From Candidatus Geocrenenecus huangii (GTDB taxonomy: Archaea; Thermoproteota; Nitrososphaeria_A; Caldarchaeales; Wolframiiraptoraceae): a stretch of DNA of 17,016 nt. Numbering within the stretch: position 1 is the stretch's first letter; each line of letters opens with the position of its first letter. Position numbers and translations under genes: made by a program. This document shows, piece after piece, positions 7,157 through 15,891 of this stretch. The notes beneath the pieces are model-generated. The model was not told the DNA's origin. It worked only from the letters and a program-made list of their open reading frames with translations, and ran no database searches. The DNA is taken from contig JALNLM010000019.1 in assembly GCA_023254095.1 (NCBI GenBank), forward strand, positions 1 to 17,016. The letters are read 5' to 3'.

Positions 7157-7319
7157 ATCCTACATTATCTTTATACTTCTTCGGATTGAAAGCCATGTTT
7201 TAGTAGTGACAGTGTATCGAGTTTTGTCCTTGATGGGCATAGTCTTGGTCCTGAGCCAAAGTTGCTTGATGCCTGCTGGATTCTCCAATCCTTTATTCTC
7301 TGAGTTTCAATGAAGGTGG

Positions 7320-7760
7320 TTAATGTGAGAAGAGTATCCTGAGTGCTTTAAGCCATCCTACAGGTTTATCTACCTCTATCATTCTCGAGCCGATTCCGTA
7401 TATTTCTCTACTTATTTCTTCAAAGAGCCTTGGCTCGGATGCTGCGTAATGGTCTGTGCCGATTACTGCTATTATTTCTCCATTTCTTAGATAATAGAAT
7501 TCTTCTCCAACCCGATGTACAGTGCAGCCATGCAGTGAGCCAATCCTAATAATATGTCTGACATTTTCAGGTGAGAGTTGGAGAGGTTTCTCTTCAAATC
7601 TTCTGCCGAGGAGGGGTGGGTTAGAATCTACGTATAAGTTTATGACGTAGTCTCCTTCACGGAATTCTGGAAACTCTAACATGAGTAAAGGCTTCCTCGA
7701 TGGATTAGATAATAGCTCGTTCTTTACATACTCGTAAGCCTTCCTGAAGACCTCGGACAT
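7320..7760 (-). CDS. Hypothetical protein
   Basis: 146-aa ORF with host-like composition that fills the gap; TTAAATTA begins 30 nt before the ATG. No family recognised. Confidence 0.7.
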   Translation of the reverse strand: MSEVFRKAYEYVKNELLSNPSRKPLLMLEFPEFREGDYVINLYVDSNPPLLGRRFEEKPLQLSPENVRHIIRIGSLHGCTVHRVGEEFYYLRNGEIIAVIGTDHYAASEPRLFEEISREIYGIGSRMIEVDKPVGWLKALRILFSH

Positions 7761-7986
7761 CGCTAAAAAATAAATTTTCCAATAATTTAACTATACCATT
7801 ACTTCTAGGACCTTCTATAATGATGTCAAGGTTTATCCATGATTGATGGAATTATTAGCATTGAGGGAGAGTTGATTAAACGAGATATAAGGTAGTGGCT
7901 AATGAATGTTCTAACGGCTTGATAGGTGAATTAGAGTGTAGGATGTAGATTTAGATAATACTCGAGGGTAATGTAGAGCCTGGATT

Positions 7987-9204
7987 TTATCCTCTCCTCG
8001 TTGTTGAGAATATTGAGAGGACGTCTCTATCTTTTAGCTTATAGTTTACTGGAAGCCTTAAACCTGTTCTAGCATCTATCGCGTATAGTAAACCTCTAGT
8101 CAACTCCGTATGTATCTCTTTAGCTAGGTCTTCAACTGTTGAGTTGTCTGGCATTAAGAGTACATCTGGCAGGATGTTCCCATATTTGTCTGAAAGTTTC
8201 TGCGGGTCATATACCGGGTAGACTGTATTCATCTTTAAAAGTTTGAAAACAGAGACGTTCAATGCAAATTGTACACCTGTCCTCATATATTCTCCGAGTA
8301 TCTTTTTAGCGATAAAGTTCAAAGCCCATTTCTGTCTCTCCGTCAATCCATCCATTTTTATAATCTCGAACGCCTCTTGCCCAGGAATATACTTTATCAA
8401 TCCTTTCTGCTCTGCCCTTCTAAGTGTCAGTTCTGCTTCAGCGCTACAGGGTACAACTATCTTGTCGGGAAGATTGTCTCTGAGCTTCTTGAAGTTCTCA
8501 GGCGCAGTATCTACATCCATCTTATTCGCTACCACTATCGTCGGTTTAGCGACTTCTCTAAGTATCTGTGAGAACTTCTTGTCGTCGAGAGGTGTCCAGT
8601 TCTCGAAATCTTTATCCTTTAGATTGCTAAGGTTTAAAGCTTGGACTATGTGTTCTTCACTTATTTTAACACCCTTCAATATCTCAGCCATAGATTCTGC
8701 TAGACTCTTACCAGATTTTACACCTTTAATTATCTTATCATCATTCTTCTCGATTAACTTCATCAACCACATTACAAGTTCTTCTTCAATATCGTAATAG
8801 TCTGCAAGTGGGTCGCCTGTTCCAGGCTCAGTCAATCTCCCTTCCTCATCAATACTTCCACTAGCATCGACTAAGTGTAGTAGTACATCTGATTGCGAGG
8901 CAACAGAGAGGAATTGGTTTCCTAAACCTTTACCAGCCCATGCACCCTTAATAAGCCCAGGAAGGTCTATCAACTCTATAGGGATATATCTCCAACCCTC
9001 TACACATTTCGAATTCCTCGGATTATCTTTTACTCCAAATTCACGACATACACATAAAGATACGGTATATGCAGTCCCATAGTTTGGCTGCTTGGTTGTG
9101 AATGGATACGTCGATACTTCAGCCGACCCAAGAGTTGCAGCATTGAAGAACGTTGTTTTCCCAGTATTTGTCTTGCCTATTAAACCAACCTTGACCGCCG
9201 CCAA
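7987..9204 (-). CDS. Obg-family translation-associated GTPase (archaeal YchF/Ygr210 type) with C-terminal TGS domain
   Basis: G1 GKTNTGKT, G2 YPFTT, G3 DLPG, G4 NKMD, GKGLGNQFL, and a TGS-like tail (STVEDLAKEIH...LKDRDVLSI). Start probably TTG 9204 after GGAG rather than 9249. Confidence 0.93.
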   Translation of the reverse strand: MAAVKVGLIGKTNTGKTTFFNAATLGSAEVSTYPFTTKQPNYGTAYTVSLCVCREFGVKDNPRNSKCVEGWRYIPIELIDLPGLIKGAWAGKGLGNQFLSVASQSDVLLHLVDASGSIDEEGRLTEPGTGDPLADYYDIEEELVMWLMKLIEKNDDKIIKGVKSGKSLAESMAEILKGVKISEEHIVQALNLSNLKDKDFENWTPLDDKKFSQILREVAKPTIVVANKMDVDTAPENFKKLRDNLPDKIVVPCSAEAELTLRRAEQKGLIKYIPGQEAFEIIKMDGLTERQKWALNFIAKKILGEYMRTGVQFALNVSVFKLLKMNTVYPVYDPQKLSDKYGNILPDVLLMPDNSTVEDLAKEIHTELTRGLLYAIDARTGLRLPVNYKLKDRDVLSIFSTTRRG

Positions 9205-9708
9205 GTCGACCAGCTCCACATAATTATCCACTAAACTACATAAAAGCATTACTTACATAAAAGACTAGAATGTAGAATAGAATCATTTGAGAATTGTTTT
9301 AAAACATATTCCAAAGATTGGTTGCTTATTTCTAAGTAGGAGAGAACTAGGTATTAGATCATACGCAGTAGTGGTTTCTTCTGAGGTCTAGCTCAGCATC
9401 TTCTATACCAAGAGGCTTCCAAGAATTACTAAATCTCTTTGAGGTGTGTTTCCAAAGAATGTAGAATCTTCTATAAACTTAACCATCAATAGAAAATCAT
9501 AAGTTAAAGATGTCACCTAGAATATCATGGTAAAGCTTCAGCCGAAGAAGATATAAGCCTAGATTATGGTATTGTTGGCCCTTTCAGCATTCATATCTTG
9601 ATGTGGCCATTTCTTCAAATCCTTTTATGTCGATGAAAGACTTCTTAATAAGGTTATCTAATGTTAACGCATTATACATGTTTATTTTATGCATTATGTA
9701 TATCTAAT

Positions 9709-9912
9709 ATGGAGAACATGAGAAAGATCCTGTACATTCTATGTTATGATATAGCTGTTGAGAAAGACGTAGATAGCGATACTGGAGGATGGATGTATAA
9801 GATTGAAGAGAATGGTGAGTCAAAAAGCTCCATATACAGTCCTCTAGCATTTCTACATGCATTGAAACACTTAGAAGAGTGTAGAGAGTGTAGAGAGGTC
9901 AATATTTCATAG
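9709..9912 (+). CDS. Possible small protein with a C-terminal HxxxHxxxCxxC motif
   Basis: 67 aa from ATG 9709 (or 9718), with an AT-rich TATA-like tract about 28 nt upstream; ends 4 nt from the convergent glyA stop. No homology recognised. Confidence 0.35.
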   Translation: MENMRKILYILCYDIAVEKDVDSDTGGWMYKIEENGESKSSIYSPLAFLHALKHLEECRECREVNIS

Positions 9913-9916
9913 GAAG

Positions 9917-11230
9917 TCATCGAATCTTAATGTATTCGTATGCTTCTGTCTGGGAACTAAATGCGTAGTGCACATGTTGGAATTCTTTTCTAAATTCTCT
10001 AACTTTCAGAGCTATCTCTCTCGGTTCTCTACTATCAACGATTACTTGTTTTATCAAGTCGGCTATCTCCTCCATTTCCCCTTCCTTCATCCCTAGCCGC
10101 GTAACTTCCTGTGTACCCATTCTTATCCCACTCGGAGTCTTATAATCTGTCTTCAATCTATAATCTTTAGGTATAAGATTCCTATTCAAGATAATGTTTG
10201 CTTCTTCAAGCTTCTTCTCAGCTTTCATCCCATCCATATATCTGCTTACATCAGCGATCAAAGTATGTGACTCGGTATAACCCTTGTGATCATATAATAC
10301 TTCTATGCCTCTTTCATGTAATGCTCTTGCAAGAGCCTTAGCGTTCTTAACGATCTGCCTGGCGTATTCTTCATAGAATGCGAGCGCTTCAGCTAATGCT
10401 ATCGCAACACCTGCGACCGCATGAAGGTGATGGTTGGAGTGGAGGCCTGGAAAGATTACACGTTTAAAATCTTCAGAGTACCTATTCCACGATAATACCA
10501 TGCCATGCTGTGGCCCCGCCAAAGTCTTATGAGTACTAAGAGTTACAGCATCCGCACCTTCTCTTAATGGGTCTTGGAAAACCCTGCCAGCGATTAATCC
10601 AGCAACATGCGCAGCGTCGTATACTACTTTAGCGTTGTATCCTGCAGCTATCTCTGCGATCTCTTTAACTGGGTGAGGAAATAAGAAGACGCTTGCTCCA
10701 AGCATAAATAGTTTAACTTTCTTGCCTTCTTCTTCAAGCTTTCGTAACTTCTTCCTAGTTCCATCAATATCTATTTCGAAGTTTTCTTCATCGAATTCGT
10801 ATCTTTCAACTTCTAGGTGCCTTACTACTCCTGCTGTCCCACCCCATTTAAGTTTACCATGGCTTATATGTCCACCATGAGGCACCGCTAAAGCCATCAT
10901 GATGTCCCCAGGCTGAGCGAAGACCGTGTAAGCCGCTAGATTCGCCATTACACCAGATATAGGTCGAACATCTACAAATTCTGCATCATATACTCGTTTG
11001 CCCAGCTCCATAGCTAGGAGTTCCACTTGGTCTATGTATCTGCATCCTGCGTATAGACGTTCTCCCGGCCATCCTTCAGCATACCTATTCCCGAAATCAC
11101 TTACAAGAGCTTCTCTAACAGCTGGGCTAGGAATATTCTCGCTAGCGATAAGTGGCAGAGATTCTCTAAACCATCTATGATGTTCTTCGAGAAGCCTGAG
11201 AACTTTCTCGAAGGACTCTCTACCATACAT
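9917..11230 (-). CDS. glyA: Serine hydroxymethyltransferase
   Basis: LIASEN, RYAEG, HGGHISHG, YDAAH, STHKTLAGPQHG (PLP lysine), NRNLIP and PSGIRMGT. Start probably ATG 11230 (MYGRES). Confidence 0.97.
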   Translation of the reverse strand: MYGRESFEKVLRLLEEHHRWFRESLPLIASENIPSPAVREALVSDFGNRYAEGWPGERLYAGCRYIDQVELLAMELGKRVYDAEFVDVRPISGVMANLAAYTVFAQPGDIMMALAVPHGGHISHGKLKWGGTAGVVRHLEVERYEFDEENFEIDIDGTRKKLRKLEEEGKKVKLFMLGASVFLFPHPVKEIAEIAAGYNAKVVYDAAHVAGLIAGRVFQDPLREGADAVTLSTHKTLAGPQHGMVLSWNRYSEDFKRVIFPGLHSNHHLHAVAGVAIALAEALAFYEEYARQIVKNAKALARALHERGIEVLYDHKGYTESHTLIADVSRYMDGMKAEKKLEEANIILNRNLIPKDYRLKTDYKTPSGIRMGTQEVTRLGMKEGEMEEIADLIKQVIVDSREPREIALKVREFRKEFQHVHYAFSSQTEAYEYIKIR

Positions 11231-11623
11231 TACTTTATCCAAATTATGTGAACACCTAGACAAACATGACAACCTCAAATATAAAAATATTGGGGGTCTC
11301 CAAATCTAACATGAGAAGTCAATCACTAGGTCTTTGTCTGATTCATCTATACAGCTTACAGACGCCTCTAACATTTCTCCTACGAGTATTCATAAAAAAT
11401 TTGATGAAAACCTTAGATGGGGAAGTCTCTTATTCTTTCAGGCATATTCTATCGAGTCAAGAGCACTAAAACCCTAAGGAGAGAGACTATCTTAATCTTG
11501 ACCGAATCCAGTTTTGACTTTTTTTAGAGAATAATCAGATTTTTGAAAAGATTCAAGTATCACCTCTAACGGTTTAAGTTGAATGGAAAGACTTTTAACT
11601 TTACGGGTCACTATTAATTCTTC

Positions 11624-14245
11624 GTGGAGTTTAAGCAAGTATACCTTGCTGCACTCTTGATTGTGGTCATATCTTCAGTTATATTTATCTCCTCTACTGA
11701 TGCTTCAACAAGTGAAGTTAACGTAATTGTTATCCCAGTCGATTTCCCCGATCAACCTGGGGGCGGACCACCTGAAACATACGTCAGCAAGATCAATACA
11801 TCGATGGGAGAGTATTGGAGAGAAGTAAGTTATGGTAAGATAAGTGTTAAACTTTACACGGTCTCTAAGTGGCTTAGACTCGATAGAAAATACAGCTTCT
11901 ACGGTGAGGATGCAGATGGTGTTGATGAAAACCCGTGTAGGTTGGTAATAGATGCGGTTAAAGTTGCTGATGCTCTCATAGATTTCAAAAAATACGATTA
12001 CATTATGGTAATGCATTCGGGGAGAGACCAAGCCTACACGCATGAAGAAGGAGACGTTTATTCTCTATCAGCTTTCTGTGGACGCATACCTGTAGATGAG
12101 GGGGAAATTGTAGAGTATGTGGCTATTGTGTCTTATCTAGATCCTCTGGGGATATGGGCTCATGAATTCGGACACCTTCTCGGTTTACCAGACCTATACG
12201 ATACATCATCAAGGGAAGAGTATGATACTTTTCTAGGGCCATGGGATTTAATGGCTGAAGGCTCATGGAATGGGCCGCTTGGATCTCCTGGAAGTGTTCC
12301 AGCAACTTTGACGAGCTGGAGTAGAATGAAACTTGGATGGATTAACGACACCGACGTACTCGTAGTTGAAGAAGGATCTAAAGTAAAGGTAATCCTCAAA
12401 CCTTTACATGAAAGTGAGGGGCTCAGGGTCGTAAAGATACCCGCAGACATCCCTAGAAGATACTACTTGATAGAAGCTAGAGAGAAAACCGGATACGACC
12501 AATACCTTCCAAGTAGAGGGGTCCTGATACTGTATGTTGATGAAAACAAAGATTCAGGTCAAGGAATTGTAAAAGCTATTCCGCCTCCTGATAGAAGCTT
12601 ATACCAAGCAACATACAATGTAGGAAGCATATTTCAAGATAACAATCTGCATCTTGTAGTTAGAGTAATTGGAGGAAGTGCTGAAGGATATGTCTTAACA
12701 ATTGTTTATAGATTGCCCAAACATATTTTGAAGATTTCGACTTTTCCCTTCGGTAAAGTATGGGTCAATGGTACAGAATATGCCGGAGACGAAAATGGAC
12801 TGGTCATGATAGCACTAGATGAAGGCACCTACACGGTAAACGTTCAGGAAGAATATACTCAAGATAATGTAAGATATGTTTTCGAGGGTTGGAGCGACGG
12901 GTTAAATGAATCTACTAGAATTATAATTCTAGATAGAGACGTGGAGTATGCTTTAAACTATTCGATATTCTATCGTGTAGAGGTTTCTACGGATTATGGG
13001 GAAATTTATGGAGGAGGATGGTATAAGGATGGAGAGAAAGCAACCATAGAATTAGTAACAGACACCATCATTGATTTCGGGAATAATACTAGATTGGTAT
13101 TCTCTGGGTGGAGTGGAGATATAGAATCTAATCAGCCCAAGATATACTTTACTGTAGGTTCTCCCAAGATAATCAAAGCAGTCTGGACAAAACAATACAA
13201 AGTAACAATGTCGACGACGCCTAACCATATCGAAGACAGATGGATAAAGGAGGGAGAATCCATCACCATAGAGGCTCCTAGAGAGATAGACCTCGACAAT
13301 AAGACCAAGCTCATCTTCTATCGGTGGAGTTGCACAGATAGTAGTGATGAAAAAATCGTATTACGAGTAAGTAGACCATTATTCATAGAAGCAGTATGGA
13401 GGAGAAGCTACCTAGTTGAGATAACTTACTTAAAAGACCTCGATGAAAGGTCATACTGGATCGGAGAGGGAGAAGAATTACGGCTCGATACCGAGCTATA
13501 TAGATATCTCTCAGAAAATTTGAGGCTCAAGTTTAATGGATGGTTAGGAGACATACAGTCTGAAGAGCGAAACTTCACCATCGTTGTCTCATCACCTATC
13601 AGTGTATCGGTCAACTGGATAAAAGAATATAGGGTTCAGCCACGCTTCACCACCATTGATGGGGAACCACTAACTATCCGGCCGTCTAAACTCATACTAT
13701 ACAGGGATAGCGAGTATATTGAATGGGTTGGTGAGCAAGTTTGGATAAAGGAGGGGGCGTGGACTATCGGAGAGATTACGTGGAAAGGACTAGATATATC
13801 TATTGGAGAAGACATTGTAATAGATGACGTTACCATAGTTATCCCTACGACTTTAAAGAAGATTAAAGTCGAGGCATTCGATCTGCTGGGAAGACGCCTC
13901 CAAGACCTAGATATGTCCGTCGTAGTAGATGATCTAGAAGTTTTTAGAGTTTGTGGCGGAGAACAAGACGTCTATGTTCCCCTGAATGTAAAATCCATGT
14001 TGATCGTTTCTTACGGATTAACTAGTGTAAGGGTCGCTGCTCCCGCCAATGATCTAGAGATCACGATGCCTGTTATATCATTTACACCCGTATTCCATAT
14101 AGCTTTAGGACAGATAATATTGATAATAACGGCTATGATTCTCTTGGCCTCCATAGTTTACTACATGAAGAAGCCTGCGAAGATTAGAGCTAACACCATA
14201 AGTGTCTCTATGGATACTAAGATGATGAGTTTAACCGAGTTGTGA
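11624..14245 (+). CDS. Secreted, C-terminally membrane-anchored M6 (immune inhibitor A-like) metalloprotease with repeated beta-domains
   Basis: Signal peptide, VIPVDFPD, YWREVSYGK, HEFGHLLGLPDLYD metzincin motif, Met-turn WDLMAEGSW, YYLIEAR, four FxGW-type repeats, and a C-terminal TM helix followed by KK. Confidence 0.88.
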   Translation: MEFKQVYLAALLIVVISSVIFISSTDASTSEVNVIVIPVDFPDQPGGGPPETYVSKINTSMGEYWREVSYGKISVKLYTVSKWLRLDRKYSFYGEDADGVDENPCRLVIDAVKVADALIDFKKYDYIMVMHSGRDQAYTHEEGDVYSLSAFCGRIPVDEGEIVEYVAIVSYLDPLGIWAHEFGHLLGLPDLYDTSSREEYDTFLGPWDLMAEGSWNGPLGSPGSVPATLTSWSRMKLGWINDTDVLVVEEGSKVKVILKPLHESEGLRVVKIPADIPRRYYLIEAREKTGYDQYLPSRGVLILYVDENKDSGQGIVKAIPPPDRSLYQATYNVGSIFQDNNLHLVVRVIGGSAEGYVLTIVYRLPKHILKISTFPFGKVWVNGTEYAGDENGLVMIALDEGTYTVNVQEEYTQDNVRYVFEGWSDGLNESTRIIILDRDVEYALNYSIFYRVEVSTDYGEIYGGGWYKDGEKATIELVTDTIIDFGNNTRLVFSGWSGDIESNQPKIYFTVGSPKIIKAVWTKQYKVTMSTTPNHIEDRWIKEGESITIEAPREIDLDNKTKLIFYRWSCTDSSDEKIVLRVSRPLFIEAVWRRSYLVEITYLKDLDERSYWIGEGEELRLDTELYRYLSENLRLKFNGWLGDIQSEERNFTIVVSSPISVSVNWIKEYRVQPRFTTIDGEPLTIRPSKLILYRDSEYIEWVGEQVWIKEGAWTIGEITWKGLDISIGEDIVIDDVTIVIPTTLKKIKVEAFDLLGRRLQDLDMSVVVDDLEVFRVCGGEQDVYVPLNVKSMLIVSYGLTSVRVAAPANDLEITMPVISFTPVFHIALGQIILIITAMILLASIVYYMKKPAKIRANTISVSMDTKMMSLTEL
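12720..13635 (+). repeat. Four divergent ~70-80 aa protein repeats in the M6 protease stalk
   Basis: YVFEGWSDG...YSIFYRV, LVFSGWSGD...WTKQYKV, LIFYRWS...WRRSYLV and LKFNGWLGD...WIKEYRV; resemble InlB-B/Listeria-Bacteroides-type repeats. Boundaries approximate. Confidence 0.7.
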
Positions 14246-14361
14246 ACCATAAAGGTCACTCCTTATCCACCATAAGTTACGTCTATAGTCGGAGATTTAT
14301 TATTTCCCCTTCTAGAAATCTCTCGAATTATTCAAGTGCATTCTAGAATAATCTGGAAGAA

Positions 14362-14907
14362 TTACTGTAGAGCGATTATCCTTGGTAAAGCATCTTCAAG
14401 AATCCTAGCAGTCATACCCCAGATAATCCACTCATCTTTTCTAAATCCTAGAACACTTTTCCAAGAACCATCCGGAAGCATAATAGATGCCTGAACTCTT
14501 TCTAATTCCCCTATAGTGGCCCAGAAGTATGTTGAAAGTTCCTCGGAGAGATTTATAGGTGGCTTAGAAGATGCTCTAACCAGAAACGGTATAACTTTGA
14601 GTTCGGGCATATTTGACGGAGAGACCTCTTTTAGAATTGCTAGAATCTCTACATCGCTGTCCAGGTCTATACTTGTTTCTTCTAGTAGTTCTCTTCTCGC
14701 GGTATCGATTAAGTCTCTATCTACAGGCTCCCACCTACCTCCTGGAAATGCAACCTGGCCGGACCATCTATCATTCTCCGATATTTTCCTTACGACGAAA
14801 AGTATCTCTGGAGTGCCACGCTCAATTATGTATAATACTACTACGGCGGCTTTGTTTACTCCGCCTGATAGATCATAGGTTTTCTTCAACTCGCTAGTAT
14901 CAACCAT
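14362..14907 (-). CDS. Nudix hydrolase, CoA pyrophosphatase (NudL/PCD1-like) subfamily
   Basis: AAVVV...R...WSGQVAFPGG leading into the Nudix box GRWEPVDRDLIDTARRELLEETSI, plus the subfamily motif IWGMTARIL. Confidence 0.88.
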   Translation of the reverse strand: MVDTSELKKTYDLSGGVNKAAVVVLYIIERGTPEILFVVRKISENDRWSGQVAFPGGRWEPVDRDLIDTARRELLEETSIDLDSDVEILAILKEVSPSNMPELKVIPFLVRASSKPPINLSEELSTYFWATIGELERVQASIMLPDGSWKSVLGFRKDEWIIWGMTARILEDALPRIIALQ

Positions 14908-14986
14908 CCTACGTGGTTGATAGATATTTGAGAGTATAAATTCATTATTTTCAAGATTTCGAACTAAAAAATAAGGAAGATTGTGT

Positions 14987-15751
14987 TTAGGTTGCAGCCC
15001 CTAGAGTGTAGACTATGGTTACTGTGGCTGTAATCTCTCCCTGGCTTGGAAGAATTGGCACGCTAGCTAAAGCCTCCTTATATATCGGCACCGGGGTCGG
15101 AAGCTCGACAGAAGATAAGGCAACTGAGTCTATACTCAGTATTTTTAGTCCAAGTGTTTTAGCGACTACGTTGGCTTTAGCTGCTGCATCCTCAACGGCA
15201 AGTTTTATAGCTTCTATTTTTAATTCTTTTTCCTTCTCCGCAGAGAGGATGAACATTACTCCATCGAGTCTATCAGCTCCAGCTTTTACGACGCTGTCGA
15301 TTACTTTACCAGCGGTCAGAATCTCTCTAACTACTACACTTAGAGAGTATTGTGCTTCGTAGCCAATTATCTTGGGGGGTTTAGCTTCCCAATCATAGAC
15401 CGGGTAGACATTGACGTAGTTTGTCTTCATGTCTTCCTCGCTTATCCCTAGAGATTTTAATACATTGATTATCGATACCGTCTTTTCGTTACATTCCGTT
15501 AATGCTTCTTCTGCAGATGTGCCTTGACCTATCATTGTAAAACCGAGGCTGACAATGTCGGGAACATACTTTACTGAGCCATATCCTACAATGGTTAAAG
15601 TAGTCTGCTTAGATGGTGATGGCTGACTGTTTTCTTGTTCTTTTATGCTTGGCTGGACTCCGGAGGTTATCAACGCATTACTTAGTAGAGCTAGAGCTAT
15701 GATTAGAGCCGCTATTGAAACTCCCGATATAGCTGTTCTCAACTTCATCAA
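14987..15751 (-). CDS. SIMPL/DUF541 (YggE/BP26-like) exported protein
   Basis: N-terminal signal/anchor, LTIVGYGSVKYVPD, VYPVYDW...IIGYEA, AVEDAAAKANVVAKTLG and EITATVTIVY. Confidence 0.9.
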   Translation of the reverse strand: MMKLRTAISGVSIAALIIALALLSNALITSGVQPSIKEQENSQPSPSKQTTLTIVGYGSVKYVPDIVSLGFTMIGQGTSAEEALTECNEKTVSIINVLKSLGISEEDMKTNYVNVYPVYDWEAKPPKIIGYEAQYSLSVVVREILTAGKVIDSVVKAGADRLDGVMFILSAEKEKELKIEAIKLAVEDAAAKANVVAKTLGLKILSIDSVALSSVELPTPVPIYKEALASVPILPSQGEITATVTIVYTLGAAT

Positions 15752-15857
15752 ATAATTACTTGTTCAAGAAGTTAATATTTCCAGTGTATTCCATATATTG
15801 TTCTATTTCCTAGACAGGACTTCGATAAATCCTGGAGATTTCCTTCTAAGTAAACTA

Positions 15858-15865
15858 TTTATATA
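15858..15865 (+). promoter_or_regulatory. TATA box upstream of threonine synthase
   Basis: TTTATATA begins 34 nt before TTG 15892 and 27 nt before an out-of-frame ATG at 15885. Confidence 0.55.
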
Positions 15866-15891
15866 GTGAAGCTTCTATCTTTGGATGAAAC

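Noticed and set aside
7200-7300. TGATGG...CTGAGCC downstream of the 5S gene as another C/D RNA
   Set aside because: Only a degenerate C'-like and D pair is present, with no convincing C box, D' box or terminal stem.
7116-7313. 65-aa plus-strand ORF
   Set aside because: It starts inside the 5S rRNA gene and has no coding support.
11266-11469. 67-aa plus-strand ORF between glyA and the M6 protease
   Set aside because: It lies in a divergent promoter region and has atypical composition, no motif and no SD.
14286-14352. Short inverted repeats (GAGATTT/AAATCTC, ATTATTC/GAATAAT) between convergent genes
   Set aside because: 7-bp AT-rich arms with long loops are expected by chance; too weak to call terminators.
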